Position numbers and translations under genes: made by a program. The notes under the pieces are model-generated. The model had not been told where the DNA came from, searched no databases, and worked only from the letters and a program-made list of their open reading frames with translations. This document shows, piece after piece, positions 39,066-48,038 of a DNA stretch of 64,000 bases. The stretch is from Thermomicrobiales bacterium (lineage in GTDB: Bacteria > Chloroflexota > Chloroflexia > Thermomicrobiales > CFX8): assembly GCA_037045155.1 (NCBI GenBank), contig JBAOIG010000002.1:278433-342432 (forward strand), written 5' to 3'. The stretch's first letter is position 1; each line of letters opens with the position of its first letter.

Positions 39066-39120
39066 GCCGAAGACGAAGGACGGCAGGACACGAGGCGTCG
39101 CTGCCGCAGCGCCCCGCCCG

Positions 39121-40362
39121 TCAGCGCTCCTCGGGAGGGCGGACGGACTTGAACATCGCCAGCAGCAGCAGGTCGTAGGTGGCCTTGAGCGAGCCGGCGA
39201 TAACCAGTGGCCAGCCGAACGGCGAGATCGAAAGCAGCCAGCCGGAGATTAGCGGGCTGGCGGATGAAGCCAGGCTGCGCGGCACTGCCGTCACGCTGGC
39301 GGCTGCCGGCCGTTCGGCCGGCGTCACGACCGCCATGACGTAGGAGTTACGCGTCGGCACATCCATCTGCGACAGCAGGCTGCGGGCCAGGAGTAGCGCG
39401 ATCGCCAGGCCGAGGCTGGGCATGAACGGCACGAGGATGAGGAAGATATTGGCCGGCAGATGGCTGAAGACCATCGTGTTCACCAGCCCTATCCGCCGCG
39501 AGAGCCAGGCGGCGACCGGATAGGACACCGCCGAGAACAGCCCCGTCCAGAAAAAGATCGTTGCGGTCGTCGCGATCGACAGATCGAAGCGTTGGAACAG
39601 CCAGAGCGCCAGCAGCGACTGCACAACGAAGCCGCTGCCGAAGGTGTCGAGGCTGAAGAGCGCGGCCAGGGTATAGACGATGCGCTTCGACTCGCGCAGC
39701 GGGACCGGCGGCTGATCGGCCGGCGGCTCGATCGCCGGGGAGAGATGGCGGTAGAACGCCATTGCCACGAGCGCGATGACGGCGTAGACGAGAAACATCC
39801 CCTCCAGCGCCTGACGGAGCGAGAGCGATGATTCACGCGCGATCAGCGCCGGAGTTCCGGCCGCAAGCGCACCGACCGCGCCAGCCAGCGAGGCGACCAG
39901 TCCGTAGCGGGCGAAGAGGGATGTGCGCTCGCGGTCGTCGACAGTCTGCGGCAGAAGCGTCTGCTCCAGCGGCAGGAAGACGCTGACATCGCCAGCCGAG
40001 GGGTTGAGCGTGCCGAGGAAGGCGACCAGCACAAGCGGCCAGAAGGAGTGCACCGTTGCGAAGGCAACGCCGGTGGCGGCCATCAGCATCGCCGCGCCGA
40101 GTAGCAGGCTGCGCCGGCGCAAGCGGTAGGCGACGAGCCCGATCAGCAGCGTCAGCGCCGCCGAGCCAAGCAGCGTCGCGGTCGAGATCGCGCCGACCCG
40201 AAATTCTGAGAACCCCAGCGTCAGCAGGTAGACCGGCAACAAGACGCTGATGAAGCCATCGGCGAACGCCCGCACGCCGCGCGCCAACACCAGCAGTGTC
40301 GCGTCGGACGTCGCTGATGCCGGGACAAGTCCGATGGACCGCCGCTCCAGCCGCCCTGCCAC
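39121..40362 (-). CDS. MFS transporter (12 TM).
   Basis: Hydrophobic repeat architecture with the loop motif LVAYRLRRRS. The 609-aa ORF extends upstream into non-protein-like sequence. GTG 40362 (VAGRLERRSIGLVPA..) is my preferred start. Confidence 0.7.
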   Translation of the reverse strand: MAGRLERRSIGLVPASATSDATLLVLARGVRAFADGFISVLLPVYLLTLGFSEFRVGAISTATLLGSAALTLLIGLVAYRLRRRSLLLGAAMLMAATGVAFATVHSFWPLVLVAFLGTLNPSAGDVSVFLPLEQTLLPQTVDDRERTSLFARYGLVASLAGAVGALAAGTPALIARESSLSLRQALEGMFLVYAVIALVAMAFYRHLSPAIEPPADQPPVPLRESKRIVYTLAALFSLDTFGSGFVVQSLLALWLFQRFDLSIATTATIFFWTGLFSAVSYPVAAWLSRRIGLVNTMVFSHLPANIFLILVPFMPSLGLAIALLLARSLLSQMDVPTRNSYVMAVVTPAERPAAASVTAVPRSLASSASPLISGWLLSISPFGWPLVIAGSLKATYDLLLLAMFKSVRPPEER

Positions 40363-40440
40363 CCAGCCCCTTTCCCATCGTCCCAGTCCAGTTGGTACTG
40401 TTCCGGCATGATACAAGACCGGGAAGGGAGGAGCGAAGCG

Positions 40441-41982
40441 ATGCGGATACGAGCATATCGATGGCCCTGGCTGGTGGCGCTCGCTGCGCTGCTGGCGATT
40501 GTCGCGCTGCCGGCCGCGACATTGGCAGCCGACTTCGGCCAGCCGGTTCCCGGGCAGCGCGTCTACGACCGGGCCGGGGCGCTGACGGCAGACGAGGTTG
40601 CGCGGATCGAGGAGCGGGCCGCCGCAGTCGAAGCCGCTGGCTCGCCGGTCGTCGTCTTCCTGCAGGCGCGCGATGCGGACTACGACAAGACCGTCGCCGA
40701 CGGCCGCGATCTGATGGAAGCGTGGGACATCCAGTCCGCGCCGGACGCTCGCAACGGCATCGTCATCTTCTTCAACCTCAAGCCGGGCGACCTGCAGCAT
40801 GGCGACTACGCCGTGATCGCCGGCAGGTCGCTGGTTGATGGCAATCTGCCGCGGTATGAGCTGAACCGGATCGCCGACGATATGCAGCCGGTGCTGAAAG
40901 GCGGCGACATCACCGGGGCGACCATCCTGGCGCTGGATGCGATCGAACACAACCTCTCATTCGGCCCGCCCCCGCCGCCGCCGCCCAGCGCTGCCAGGGA
41001 GTTCGCCGACGCTGTCGCCGGAGGTCCGCTAAGCATCCTGAACATCATCGGCATCGTTGCCAGCGCCGTGGCTGGCTGGTTCCTCGCGCATCGTATCCCG
41101 ACGCGGCGGCTGTCGAACGCGCCGGTCGAGCCGGCAACGACACCGCCAACCGACCTGTCGCCAGCGCTGGCCGGCTCGCTGGTGGCAGGTTCGGTCTCCG
41201 ACACCGCAATAGGCGCAACGCTGCTCGATCTGACCGCCCGCGGCGGACTGGCGATCGAGCCGGTGGGCAAGAAGAAGATTCAGATCCGGCTCGTCGACGA
41301 GTCGGTCATCCAGCCGGGCTACGAGCGGATGATCTGGGATGCGCTGGCCAGCCAGGCAGACCCGGCCGGCACGATCGGAACCAAGCAGCTCGGCAAAGTA
41401 CGCAAGTCGTGGGGCGGCATCCGCAAGGCAATCCGCGCCGAGCTGATCGCCCGCGGCTGGTTCGCCTCGGACACCAGCGCGCAGCGCCAGCCGTTCTGGA
41501 TCACCGGAACGATCCTCTATACCCTGACGCTCATTGCCGTCGTGCTTGCTATCGTCGCCGAGAGCCCCTGGGTGTTGATCGGCTTCGTCCCGCTTGGGAT
41601 GATCGGGACACTCGCGCTCGTCCTCTCGGCAATCATCCCGAATACGACGCTGGAGGGGGACAAGGTGGCTGCGCCGTGGCGCGGCTACCAACGTTACCTG
41701 CGTTTGGCCGGAAAGAACCCACAGGTGGATATCGACCTCGACACTGCCGTGCCCTACGCGCTGGCGCTCAGCGCCGGGCAGTCGTTCAGCAAGCGGCTGG
41801 AGCATGCCAGCGCGGCCGGCTATCTCCCCGCATGGATGGGGGGACCAGCGGCCAGCGGCGCATACTCCAATGGCTTTTTTCCCTACTGGGTCGCCTTCAA
41901 CAGCAGCGTCGCGCCGTCAGGTGGCGGGGCCGGGGCGACCGGGGCGTCGGCTGGCAGCGGCGCGGCCGGCGGCAGCTTCTAA
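40441..41982 (+). CDS. TPM-domain plus DUF2207-type membrane protein.
   Basis: GGGAAGGGAGGAG RBS. Signal sequence, then the TPM pattern RVYDRAGALTADEVARIEERAAAVEAAGSPVVVFLQ. Poly-Pro linker, TM helices, and a glycine-rich tail SGGGAGATGASAGSGAAGGSF typical of DUF2207 proteins. Confidence 0.65.
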   Translation: MRIRAYRWPWLVALAALLAIVALPAATLAADFGQPVPGQRVYDRAGALTADEVARIEERAAAVEAAGSPVVVFLQARDADYDKTVADGRDLMEAWDIQSAPDARNGIVIFFNLKPGDLQHGDYAVIAGRSLVDGNLPRYELNRIADDMQPVLKGGDITGATILALDAIEHNLSFGPPPPPPPSAAREFADAVAGGPLSILNIIGIVASAVAGWFLAHRIPTRRLSNAPVEPATTPPTDLSPALAGSLVAGSVSDTAIGATLLDLTARGGLAIEPVGKKKIQIRLVDESVIQPGYERMIWDALASQADPAGTIGTKQLGKVRKSWGGIRKAIRAELIARGWFASDTSAQRQPFWITGTILYTLTLIAVVLAIVAESPWVLIGFVPLGMIGTLALVLSAIIPNTTLEGDKVAAPWRGYQRYLRLAGKNPQVDIDLDTAVPYALALSAGQSFSKRLEHASAAGYLPAWMGGPAASGAYSNGFFPYWVAFNSSVAPSGGGAGATGASAGSGAAGGSF

Positions 41983-42078
41983 CCGTCGAGACGCGGGGAG
42001 GGGATTGCGGAGATGCCGGCCGCATAGATGAAGAAACACCGCTGCTCGCCGCGTCCTGTGTCCCTCATGAACACAATG

Positions 42079-42107
42079 TTGACACCTGCAACGAAAGCCT
42101 CCATACT
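42079..42107 (+). promoter_or_regulatory. Candidate promoter TTGACA-17-CATACT.
   Basis: Hexamers read directly. It lies 120 nt upstream of ATG 42226. Confidence 0.35.
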
Positions 42108-42225
42108 GCGCCACAGACCCTGGAGGTCGGAGCGAACCGCGCGCCCGCGCTAAATTAGGAGGCTCCGCGGGAACTGCCATCCTCATCAACCGGGACACAC
42201 CCAGATCCCGCCAACCTAGAAAGCG

Positions 42226-43752
42226 ATGTGCGTCATGCCCGTGATCGAACGATATGCGCGCCACTGGTCCCGTCGTCCCAGATGGGTCGCGGCCTCCCTC
42301 ATCGGCACTGCGCTCCTGACACTCGCAATCGCCCAACTGGCGATCCTCTCCGCGGCCGCCGACGCACCGGCGACAGCGGCGTTCCAGCGCACCTGGGCAC
42401 GCACCGACCAGCCCGTTACCAGCGGTCAGGCCAACCGCACATGGATGTGGGGACCGAGCGCCAACACCGGCCCGCTCCAGGAACCCTACGCCGACGCCCC
42501 CGGTGGCGTCCGCACCGTCCAGTACTTCGATAAGTCCCGCATGGAGGACAACTCCTGGCGCGCCACTGCCCCGTGGGATGTCACCAACGGCCTCCTCGTC
42601 GTCGAGATGGTCACCGGGCAGATGCAGGTCGGCGATACCCAGTTCCAGCCCCTCGCCCCCGCCGTCGTTAACATCGCTGGCGACCCGGGCGAGCATCCCA
42701 CCTACGCCGACATCAACACGTTCAACCTCCAGTCTCAGCCGGCCACTCCAGTCGGCACGGTCCTCACAACCTGGATGGACGCCACCGGCATCCTCCCCAG
42801 TGGCCCGACACCACCTTCCGCCGTCACCGCCGCCGAGCGACTGACCGTCACCGGCATCGACCACACGGTGGCCTCGGTGTTCTGGACGTTCATGAACTCC
42901 TCCGGCACGGTCTTCGAGAACGGGCAGTACGTGCAGGGGCCGCTGTTCGAGAACCCGTACTACGCCACGGGGTATCCGATCACCGAGGCGTACTGGTCGA
43001 CGGTGAAGATCGGCGGGACGCCGCAGACAGTGCTCTGGCAGTGCTTCCAGCGGCGCTGCCTGACCTACAACCCGGCGAATGGCCCGGGCTGGCAGGTCGA
43101 GGCCGGCAACGTCGGCCAGCACTACTACCAGTGGCGCACCGCGTCGACCCCCATCGAGCCAACGCCAACGAGCACGACAGTTCCGGGGCAGCCGACGATG
43201 ACACCGACGCCAACCAATACGGTGGCGCCGGGTCAGCCGACGAACACTGTCGCCCCAGCGACCAAGACCACAGTGCCAGCAACCAAGACTACGGCGCCAG
43301 CGACGAGCACCACAGTACCCGCGACAAGCACCACCGTGCCAGCGACGAGCACCACCGTCCCAGCCACAAGCACGACACCGCCACAGCAGAGCTATCTCAG
43401 TGTCAAGGTCGTTGATAAGGACGGCAAGAGCCAACTTCCTGCTGGCGTAGTCGTCACATCCAACACGCTCACCGCCTACCAGCAGGCTGGGGGTGACGTC
43501 GCAGGCCAGGCTTGTAACGGCACGCAAGTGGGAACGTTCACACTGAACACGACAACCTTCACAGCGTCGAAGGTGATGCCACCCGGCAACTACTGTGTCG
43601 AGCTGTCGGCCCAGGGGTACCTCGACTTCGGCGGAACGAGATACTCTGGCAGCCTGTTCTCCAGCGGCCTCGGGACAGTGACGCTGGGAAATCCAGCCGG
43701 CAACACGAATGTCACGATCAAGGTCACGATGGACAACGTCAAGGTCAATTAG
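42226..43752 (+). CDS. Secreted protein of unknown function (paralog of 55625..56845) with a Thr/Pro linker and a C-terminal beta-sandwich-like domain.
   Basis: N-terminal TM/signal sequence. The ~290-aa core shares long identical strings with 55625..56845 (VQYFDKSRME, TNGLLVVEMV, VNIAGDP, PTYADINTF, GIDHTVASVFW, PITEAYWS, VLWQCF.RRCLT, GNVGQHY). It is followed by 6 x 7-aa ATxTTxP repeats. Confidence 0.7.
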   Translation: MCVMPVIERYARHWSRRPRWVAASLIGTALLTLAIAQLAILSAAADAPATAAFQRTWARTDQPVTSGQANRTWMWGPSANTGPLQEPYADAPGGVRTVQYFDKSRMEDNSWRATAPWDVTNGLLVVEMVTGQMQVGDTQFQPLAPAVVNIAGDPGEHPTYADINTFNLQSQPATPVGTVLTTWMDATGILPSGPTPPSAVTAAERLTVTGIDHTVASVFWTFMNSSGTVFENGQYVQGPLFENPYYATGYPITEAYWSTVKIGGTPQTVLWQCFQRRCLTYNPANGPGWQVEAGNVGQHYYQWRTASTPIEPTPTSTTVPGQPTMTPTPTNTVAPGQPTNTVAPATKTTVPATKTTAPATSTTVPATSTTVPATSTTVPATSTTPPQQSYLSVKVVDKDGKSQLPAGVVVTSNTLTAYQQAGGDVAGQACNGTQVGTFTLNTTTFTASKVMPPGNYCVELSAQGYLDFGGTRYSGSLFSSGLGTVTLGNPAGNTNVTIKVTMDNVKVN

Positions 43753-43785
43753 TTCCCACCCCGTCCATCCAGGCGGATCACCAAC

Positions 43786-43806
43786 GGCCCCCGCGTTGCG
43801 GGGGCC
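43786..43806 (+). terminator. Perfect 9-bp GC stem-loop after 42226..43752.
   Basis: GGCCCCCGC-gtt-GCGGGGGCC. Confidence 0.45.
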
Positions 43807-43862
43807 GTCCTCGTCCCTCGTCCCCCGTCCCCCGTCCCCCGTCCCCCGTCCCCCGTCCCCCG
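43807..43862. repeat. Heptanucleotide microsatellite (GTCCCCC)6 with two degenerate leading copies.
   Basis: G of each unit is at 43820, 43827, 43834, 43841, 43848 and 43855. Preceded by GTCCTC and GTCCCTC. The complement is (GGGGGAC)n. Confidence 0.9.
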
Positions 43863-43911
43863 TAGAGTATCGTTATCAGTCGGGATGACGCGGCGCGAGG
43901 AGGCGGGCGAG

Positions 43912-45078
43912 ATGCAACTGGCAGAGCGGATGAGCCGACTGGGGACGGAGAGCGCGTTCGACGTGCTGATGCGCGCGCGAGCGCTCGAGGCACAGGGTCG
44001 CGACATCGTCCACCTGGAGATCGGCGAGCCGGATTTCGACACGCCGGAGCACGTCGTCCAGGCCGGCATCGATGCCCTCCAGCGCGGTGACACGCACTAC
44101 ACGCCGGCGGCCGGCACGCCAGCGCTGCGGCAGGCGATCGCCGGCTACGTCGGGCAAACGCGCGGCGTGCCGGTCGTGCCAGAGCAGGTCGTGGTTACCC
44201 CCGGCGGCAAGCCGGTGATGTTCTTCGTCATCATGGCGCTGGCCGGGCCGGGCGACGAGGTCATCTGCCCCGACCCCGGCTTCCCGATTTACGCCTCGGC
44301 GGTTGCGTTCGCCGGGGCGACGCCAGTGCCGCTGACGCTACGCGAGGAGGACGGCTTCGCTGTCGACCCCGACGCACTGCGGACGCTGGTGAACGAGCGG
44401 ACGAAGCTGATCATCCTCAACTCGCCGCACAACCCGACCGGCGGGGTCATCCCGAGCGCGGCGCTGGACGAGATCGCCCGGCTGGCAGTCGAGCGCGGCG
44501 TGCCGGTTCTGTCCGACGAGATCTACTCGCGAATGGTCTACGACGGCGCGTTCGAGAGCATCACCTCGCGCCCCGGCATGGCCGAGCAGACAGTCATCCT
44601 CGACGGATTCTCGAAGACCTACGCGATGACCGGCTGGCGGCTAGGCTACGGCGTGATGCCGGCCGCGCTGGCCGAGCAGGTGACGCGACTGGCGGTAAAC
44701 ACCCACTCCTGCGTGCCGGGATTCACCCAGGTGGCCGGGGTGGCGGCGCTGACTGGCAGCCAGGCGGCGGTGGACGCGATGGTGGCGGAGTTCCGCCAGC
44801 GACGCGATGTCGTCGTCGCCGGGCTGAACGCGATCCCCGGCGTCACCTGCCAGGTCCCGGCCGGCGCGTTCTACGCCTTCCCGAACGTCTCGCGGCTGGG
44901 CGATTCGGCGGCGATCGCCGATCGGCTACTCGACGAAGGTGGCGTCGCGGTGCTCGATGGCGGCGCGTTTGGCGCAGCGGGACGTGGCTACCTGCGGCTG
45001 TCCTACGCCAGCTCGCTCGACCGACTCGAGACGGCGCTGGCGCGGATGCGCCAGGTGCTCGCCCCGGAGTACAGATGA
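43912..45078 (+). CDS. Class I/II PLP-dependent aminotransferase (aspartate aminotransferase-like).
   Basis: GAGGAGG RBS before ATG 43912. HLEIGEPDFDTP, NSPHNPTGG, and the PLP-lysine motif FSKTYAMTGWRLGY. Confidence 0.88.
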   Translation: MQLAERMSRLGTESAFDVLMRARALEAQGRDIVHLEIGEPDFDTPEHVVQAGIDALQRGDTHYTPAAGTPALRQAIAGYVGQTRGVPVVPEQVVVTPGGKPVMFFVIMALAGPGDEVICPDPGFPIYASAVAFAGATPVPLTLREEDGFAVDPDALRTLVNERTKLIILNSPHNPTGGVIPSAALDEIARLAVERGVPVLSDEIYSRMVYDGAFESITSRPGMAEQTVILDGFSKTYAMTGWRLGYGVMPAALAEQVTRLAVNTHSCVPGFTQVAGVAALTGSQAAVDAMVAEFRQRRDVVVAGLNAIPGVTCQVPAGAFYAFPNVSRLGDSAAIADRLLDEGGVAVLDGGAFGAAGRGYLRLSYASSLDRLETALARMRQVLAPEYR

Positions 45079-45139
45079 CGACAGGCAGTTCTGTGGCAGC
45101 GCGCCGCATGCCGTCCGGAGCTACGAACGGAGACACCCG

Positions 45140-45820
45140 ATGACGGTCAGAGCCTATGCGAGACTGGGCGTCGTGCTGGCCGGAATCGTCGGGCTGGGTA
45201 TCGAGCTGGCCGCCGAACGGCTGCTGGCGCCGGCATTCGGGACGACGAATGACCTGTGGTCGATCGTGATCGGGCTGACCTTCGCCTTCCTGTCGCTCGG
45301 CTACGCCATCGGCGGCCGGCTGGCCGACCGCCACCCGACCCACCGGATCATCGCTCTCTGTCTGCTCGCGACCGGCGTCTGGACGGTTCTGCTGGCGCTG
45401 GCCGGCCGATCGGTAGTCGACCAGATCCAGCAGTGGACGTTCAACGCCGGCGGCCTACGCGCAGGTCTGTTCCTCTCGGTGTTGCTGCTGATCACCGTGC
45501 CTCCATTCCTGCTGGGGATCGTCACCCCGACAGCGATCCGGCTCGTTGTGCCGCGCGTCGGGCAGGCCGGCTCGTCGGCCGGCACGATCTACGCGCTCGG
45601 CACGATCGGATCGCTGGTCGGCACGTTCGTGCCGGTCATCGTGCTGATGCCGCGCATCGGCGTCCGGCTGACGTTCCTGTCGATGGCGGCGGTGGCGTTG
45701 CTGGGCGGCGCGATCGGGCTTACCCGACTCGTCCGCCCGCTCGGGCGCAGCACGCCTGCCCCGGTGGCCGCTGATTCACACAACGACCATCGACTGGAAG
45801 TCGCGCAGCAGGAGCTCTAG
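45140..45820 (+). CDS. Polytopic membrane protein resembling the N-terminal membrane module of fused spermidine-synthase-like proteins. No catalytic domain is present.
   Basis: GLGIELAAERLLAPAFGTTNDLWSIVIGLTFAFLSLGYAIGGRLADR matches the first TM pair of that family, and about 6 TM helices follow. The ORF ends at 45820 against a convergent gene. Confidence 0.5.
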   Translation: MTVRAYARLGVVLAGIVGLGIELAAERLLAPAFGTTNDLWSIVIGLTFAFLSLGYAIGGRLADRHPTHRIIALCLLATGVWTVLLALAGRSVVDQIQQWTFNAGGLRAGLFLSVLLLITVPPFLLGIVTPTAIRLVVPRVGQAGSSAGTIYALGTIGSLVGTFVPVIVLMPRIGVRLTFLSMAAVALLGGAIGLTRLVRPLGRSTPAPVAADSHNDHRLEVAQQEL

Positions 45821-46326
45821 GCCGGGTTGTCCTCGGCAACGACGCCATCCACCTGCTCGAACCAGTGCAACAATGTCGCGATGCCGTTGGCGTGCTCGCC
45901 CTCGTGGTAGATGAGGATCAGCACCCGCTCCAGTAGTGTCTTCGGACCTCCACGCCGGCGGCGCATCAGCATCGCGTCGTCCTCGACCTGCCCAAGCTGC
46001 TCAAGAAAGCGATTGATCGTGATGCTAAACGCGCGGTGAATGCGGTCTGGCGTGAAGCTCGCGTCCAGCGCGACCGGGTCGGATTCGGGCTCAAACAGCC
46101 GATCCCACTCCTCGTCCATCCGACGGCCAGCGCCAAACGCGGCGTCTGTCTGAACATCCAGCTCGCGCGCCAGGTGGCTCATATGCCAGCCGATCGTGCG
46201 GTCGGTCCACTCAACGCGACGAAAGAGCCACTCATCAGGCGCCCGGGCGATCAGGTCGCGTGTCCGGCGGCGCATCTCGCGAATCTGATTTTCCAGTAGC
46301 TCGAGTGTCTCGCGTTCTTCAGCCAT
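45817..46326 (-). CDS. DinB-family (DinB_2/YfiT-like) protein.
   Basis: His triad context (GWHMSHLAREL ... IYHEGEH) and four-helix-bundle length. Confidence 0.7.
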   Translation of the reverse strand: MAEERETLELLENQIREMRRRTRDLIARAPDEWLFRRVEWTDRTIGWHMSHLARELDVQTDAAFGAGRRMDEEWDRLFEPESDPVALDASFTPDRIHRAFSITINRFLEQLGQVEDDAMLMRRRRGGPKTLLERVLILIYHEGEHANGIATLLHWFEQVDGVVAEDNPA

Positions 46327-46487
46327 CCCCGTCCCTCTTTCGACACCGTCGGACGACGAACGTCCGGCTCACCTATGCCGGCCCACAGATCTATCAGACG
46401 CACGCGCGCTGTTGTGATAGCCATACGATAATCAGCGAAGGCCATCTCGCGCAACCGGCGCAAGCAACTTCGATCGGAGAGATTCGC

Positions 46488-47363
46488 ATGGATGATCTGG
46501 TTCGCGCTCGATTTGCAGTCGTTACCGATCTGCACATCGGATCGACGACAGCGAATCGCTGGCATAACCGCTTCCTGACCGACCACCCGGAGCAGACCGC
46601 GGAGACTGTCGTCGCGGCGATCAACCGCGATGCCCCCGACTTCGTCATCGTCCTCGGCGACGTGTCCGATAACGCTCGTGAGGAGGAGCTCCGGCTGGCC
46701 CGCGCGGCGCTCGATCGGCTGGAGGCGCCCTGGGTCGTCTGCCGTGGCAACCACGACGTAACCGCTCAAGGGGACCGCGCGCCGTTCGACCGAGCCTTCG
46801 CCGGCCACGCACCCGTCGGGCTGGCCGACCGTGCGCAACTTCCATTGCCGGGCGGGCTGGCACTGGCCGTGCTGGACGCCGGGTGGGGGCAGGTCGACGG
46901 CCGCTGGTGGGTCAACGTTCCGCTAGAGCAAATCGAGGCCGTGCGGGCGGGAGTCGTCGCGACGCGGCCGGCGCTGCTCGTTGTCGCCGGCCACTTCCCC
47001 TTCGTCGACCAGGCCCCGTTCATCCGGTCGATGGCCGCCGACGGCCGTAACGCCGGGACACAGACCGACGGCGAGCGAACCATCGCGGCACTGGCCGGCC
47101 CCGGCTACCGGACGCTGCTGCTGACCGGCCACCAGCACTTCCACCACATCGTCGCCTCCAGCACGGACGAGCCGGCCTGGCTGCACGTCACGACCGCCTC
47201 ACTGGCCGAGTACCCCGCCGAATACCGGATGATCACCATCGACGGCCATCGCGTCACCATCGAGACGCGCCCAGCCGCGCCCGACCTCGTCGCCGCCAAC
47301 CCGCCCGAGGTGGACTGGGTGCGCGGACGCGAAGCGGACCGCGAACGCGTGTGGGGTGGTTGA
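46488..47363 (+). CDS. Calcineurin-like metallophosphoesterase.
   Basis: VVTDLHIG, VLGDVSDN, RGNHD and TGHQHFHH motifs. Confidence 0.8.
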   Translation: MDDLVRARFAVVTDLHIGSTTANRWHNRFLTDHPEQTAETVVAAINRDAPDFVIVLGDVSDNAREEELRLARAALDRLEAPWVVCRGNHDVTAQGDRAPFDRAFAGHAPVGLADRAQLPLPGGLALAVLDAGWGQVDGRWWVNVPLEQIEAVRAGVVATRPALLVVAGHFPFVDQAPFIRSMAADGRNAGTQTDGERTIAALAGPGYRTLLLTGHQHFHHIVASSTDEPAWLHVTTASLAEYPAEYRMITIDGHRVTIETRPAAPDLVAANPPEVDWVRGREADRERVWGG

Positions 47364-47441
47364 TAGACGAGGCGGTATCGAGTGTCATTCCGGGTGCTGT
47401 GTCTAGCATGAAGTGCCAGGTCGGCAGTCACCAGTACGCCT

Positions 47442-48013
47442 GTCATGTTGAGTGGATTGTCAACGTCAAAGTGGCACATATGTTGGCGCGGCAGCCACCC
47501 GATGCCTCTGTCATCCTGAGCGCGCACGCGAAGGATCTCTCCTGCGTTCGACTGCCTGCGGTGTGGGGGAGATTCTTCGGCTGCAGCCTCAGAATGACAG
47601 GCTGGCGGGGCCGGCAGCCACCCGGCGCCTCTGTCATCCTGAGCGCGCACGCGAAGGATCTCTCCCGCGTTCGACTGCCTGCGGTGTGGGGGAGATTCTT
47701 CGGCTGCAGCCTCAGAATGACAGGCTGGCGGGGCCGGCAGCCACCCGATGCCTCTGTCATCCTGAGCGCGCACGCGAAGGATCTTTCCCGCGTTCGACTG
47801 CCTGCGGTGTGGGGGAGATTCTTCGGCTGCGGCCTCAGAATGACACACTGGCGGGGCCGGCAGCCACCCGATGCCTCTGTCATCCTGAGCGCGCACGCGA
47901 AGGATCTCTCCCGCGTTCGACTGCCTGCGGTGTGGGGGAGATTCTTCGGCTGCGGCCTCAGAATGACAGCACAAGAGATCGGCTGCCGATCCGACAATCT
48001 GACATTGACAGCC
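47442..48013. repeat. Tandem array of 4 x 123-bp palindromic repeat units, flanked by related modules.
   Basis: Units start at 47510, 47633, 47756 and 47879 (period exactly 123 bp, above 95% identity). Each unit is GTCATCCTGAGCGCGCACGCGAAGGATCTC, a ~30-nt loop, GAGATTCTTCGGCTGCRGCCTCAGAATGAC, then a ~33-nt linker. The flanks are inverted copies of modules seen at 38.6-39.0 kb. Confidence 0.92.
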
Positions 48014-48038
48014 TACTTAGCGTAACGAAGATGTCGAC

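Noticed and set aside
43749-44157. Minus-strand ORFs with GGRGTGDGGRGTGD repeats.
   Set aside because: They are direct translations of the (GTCCCCC)n microsatellite and are antisense to the aminotransferase start region.
47442-48013. Possible CRISPR array, given the regular repeats with palindromic cores.
   Set aside because: The 123-bp units abut each other with no unique spacers. The unit is far longer than CRISPR repeats, no cas genes are present, and the same modules occur dispersed at three other loci.
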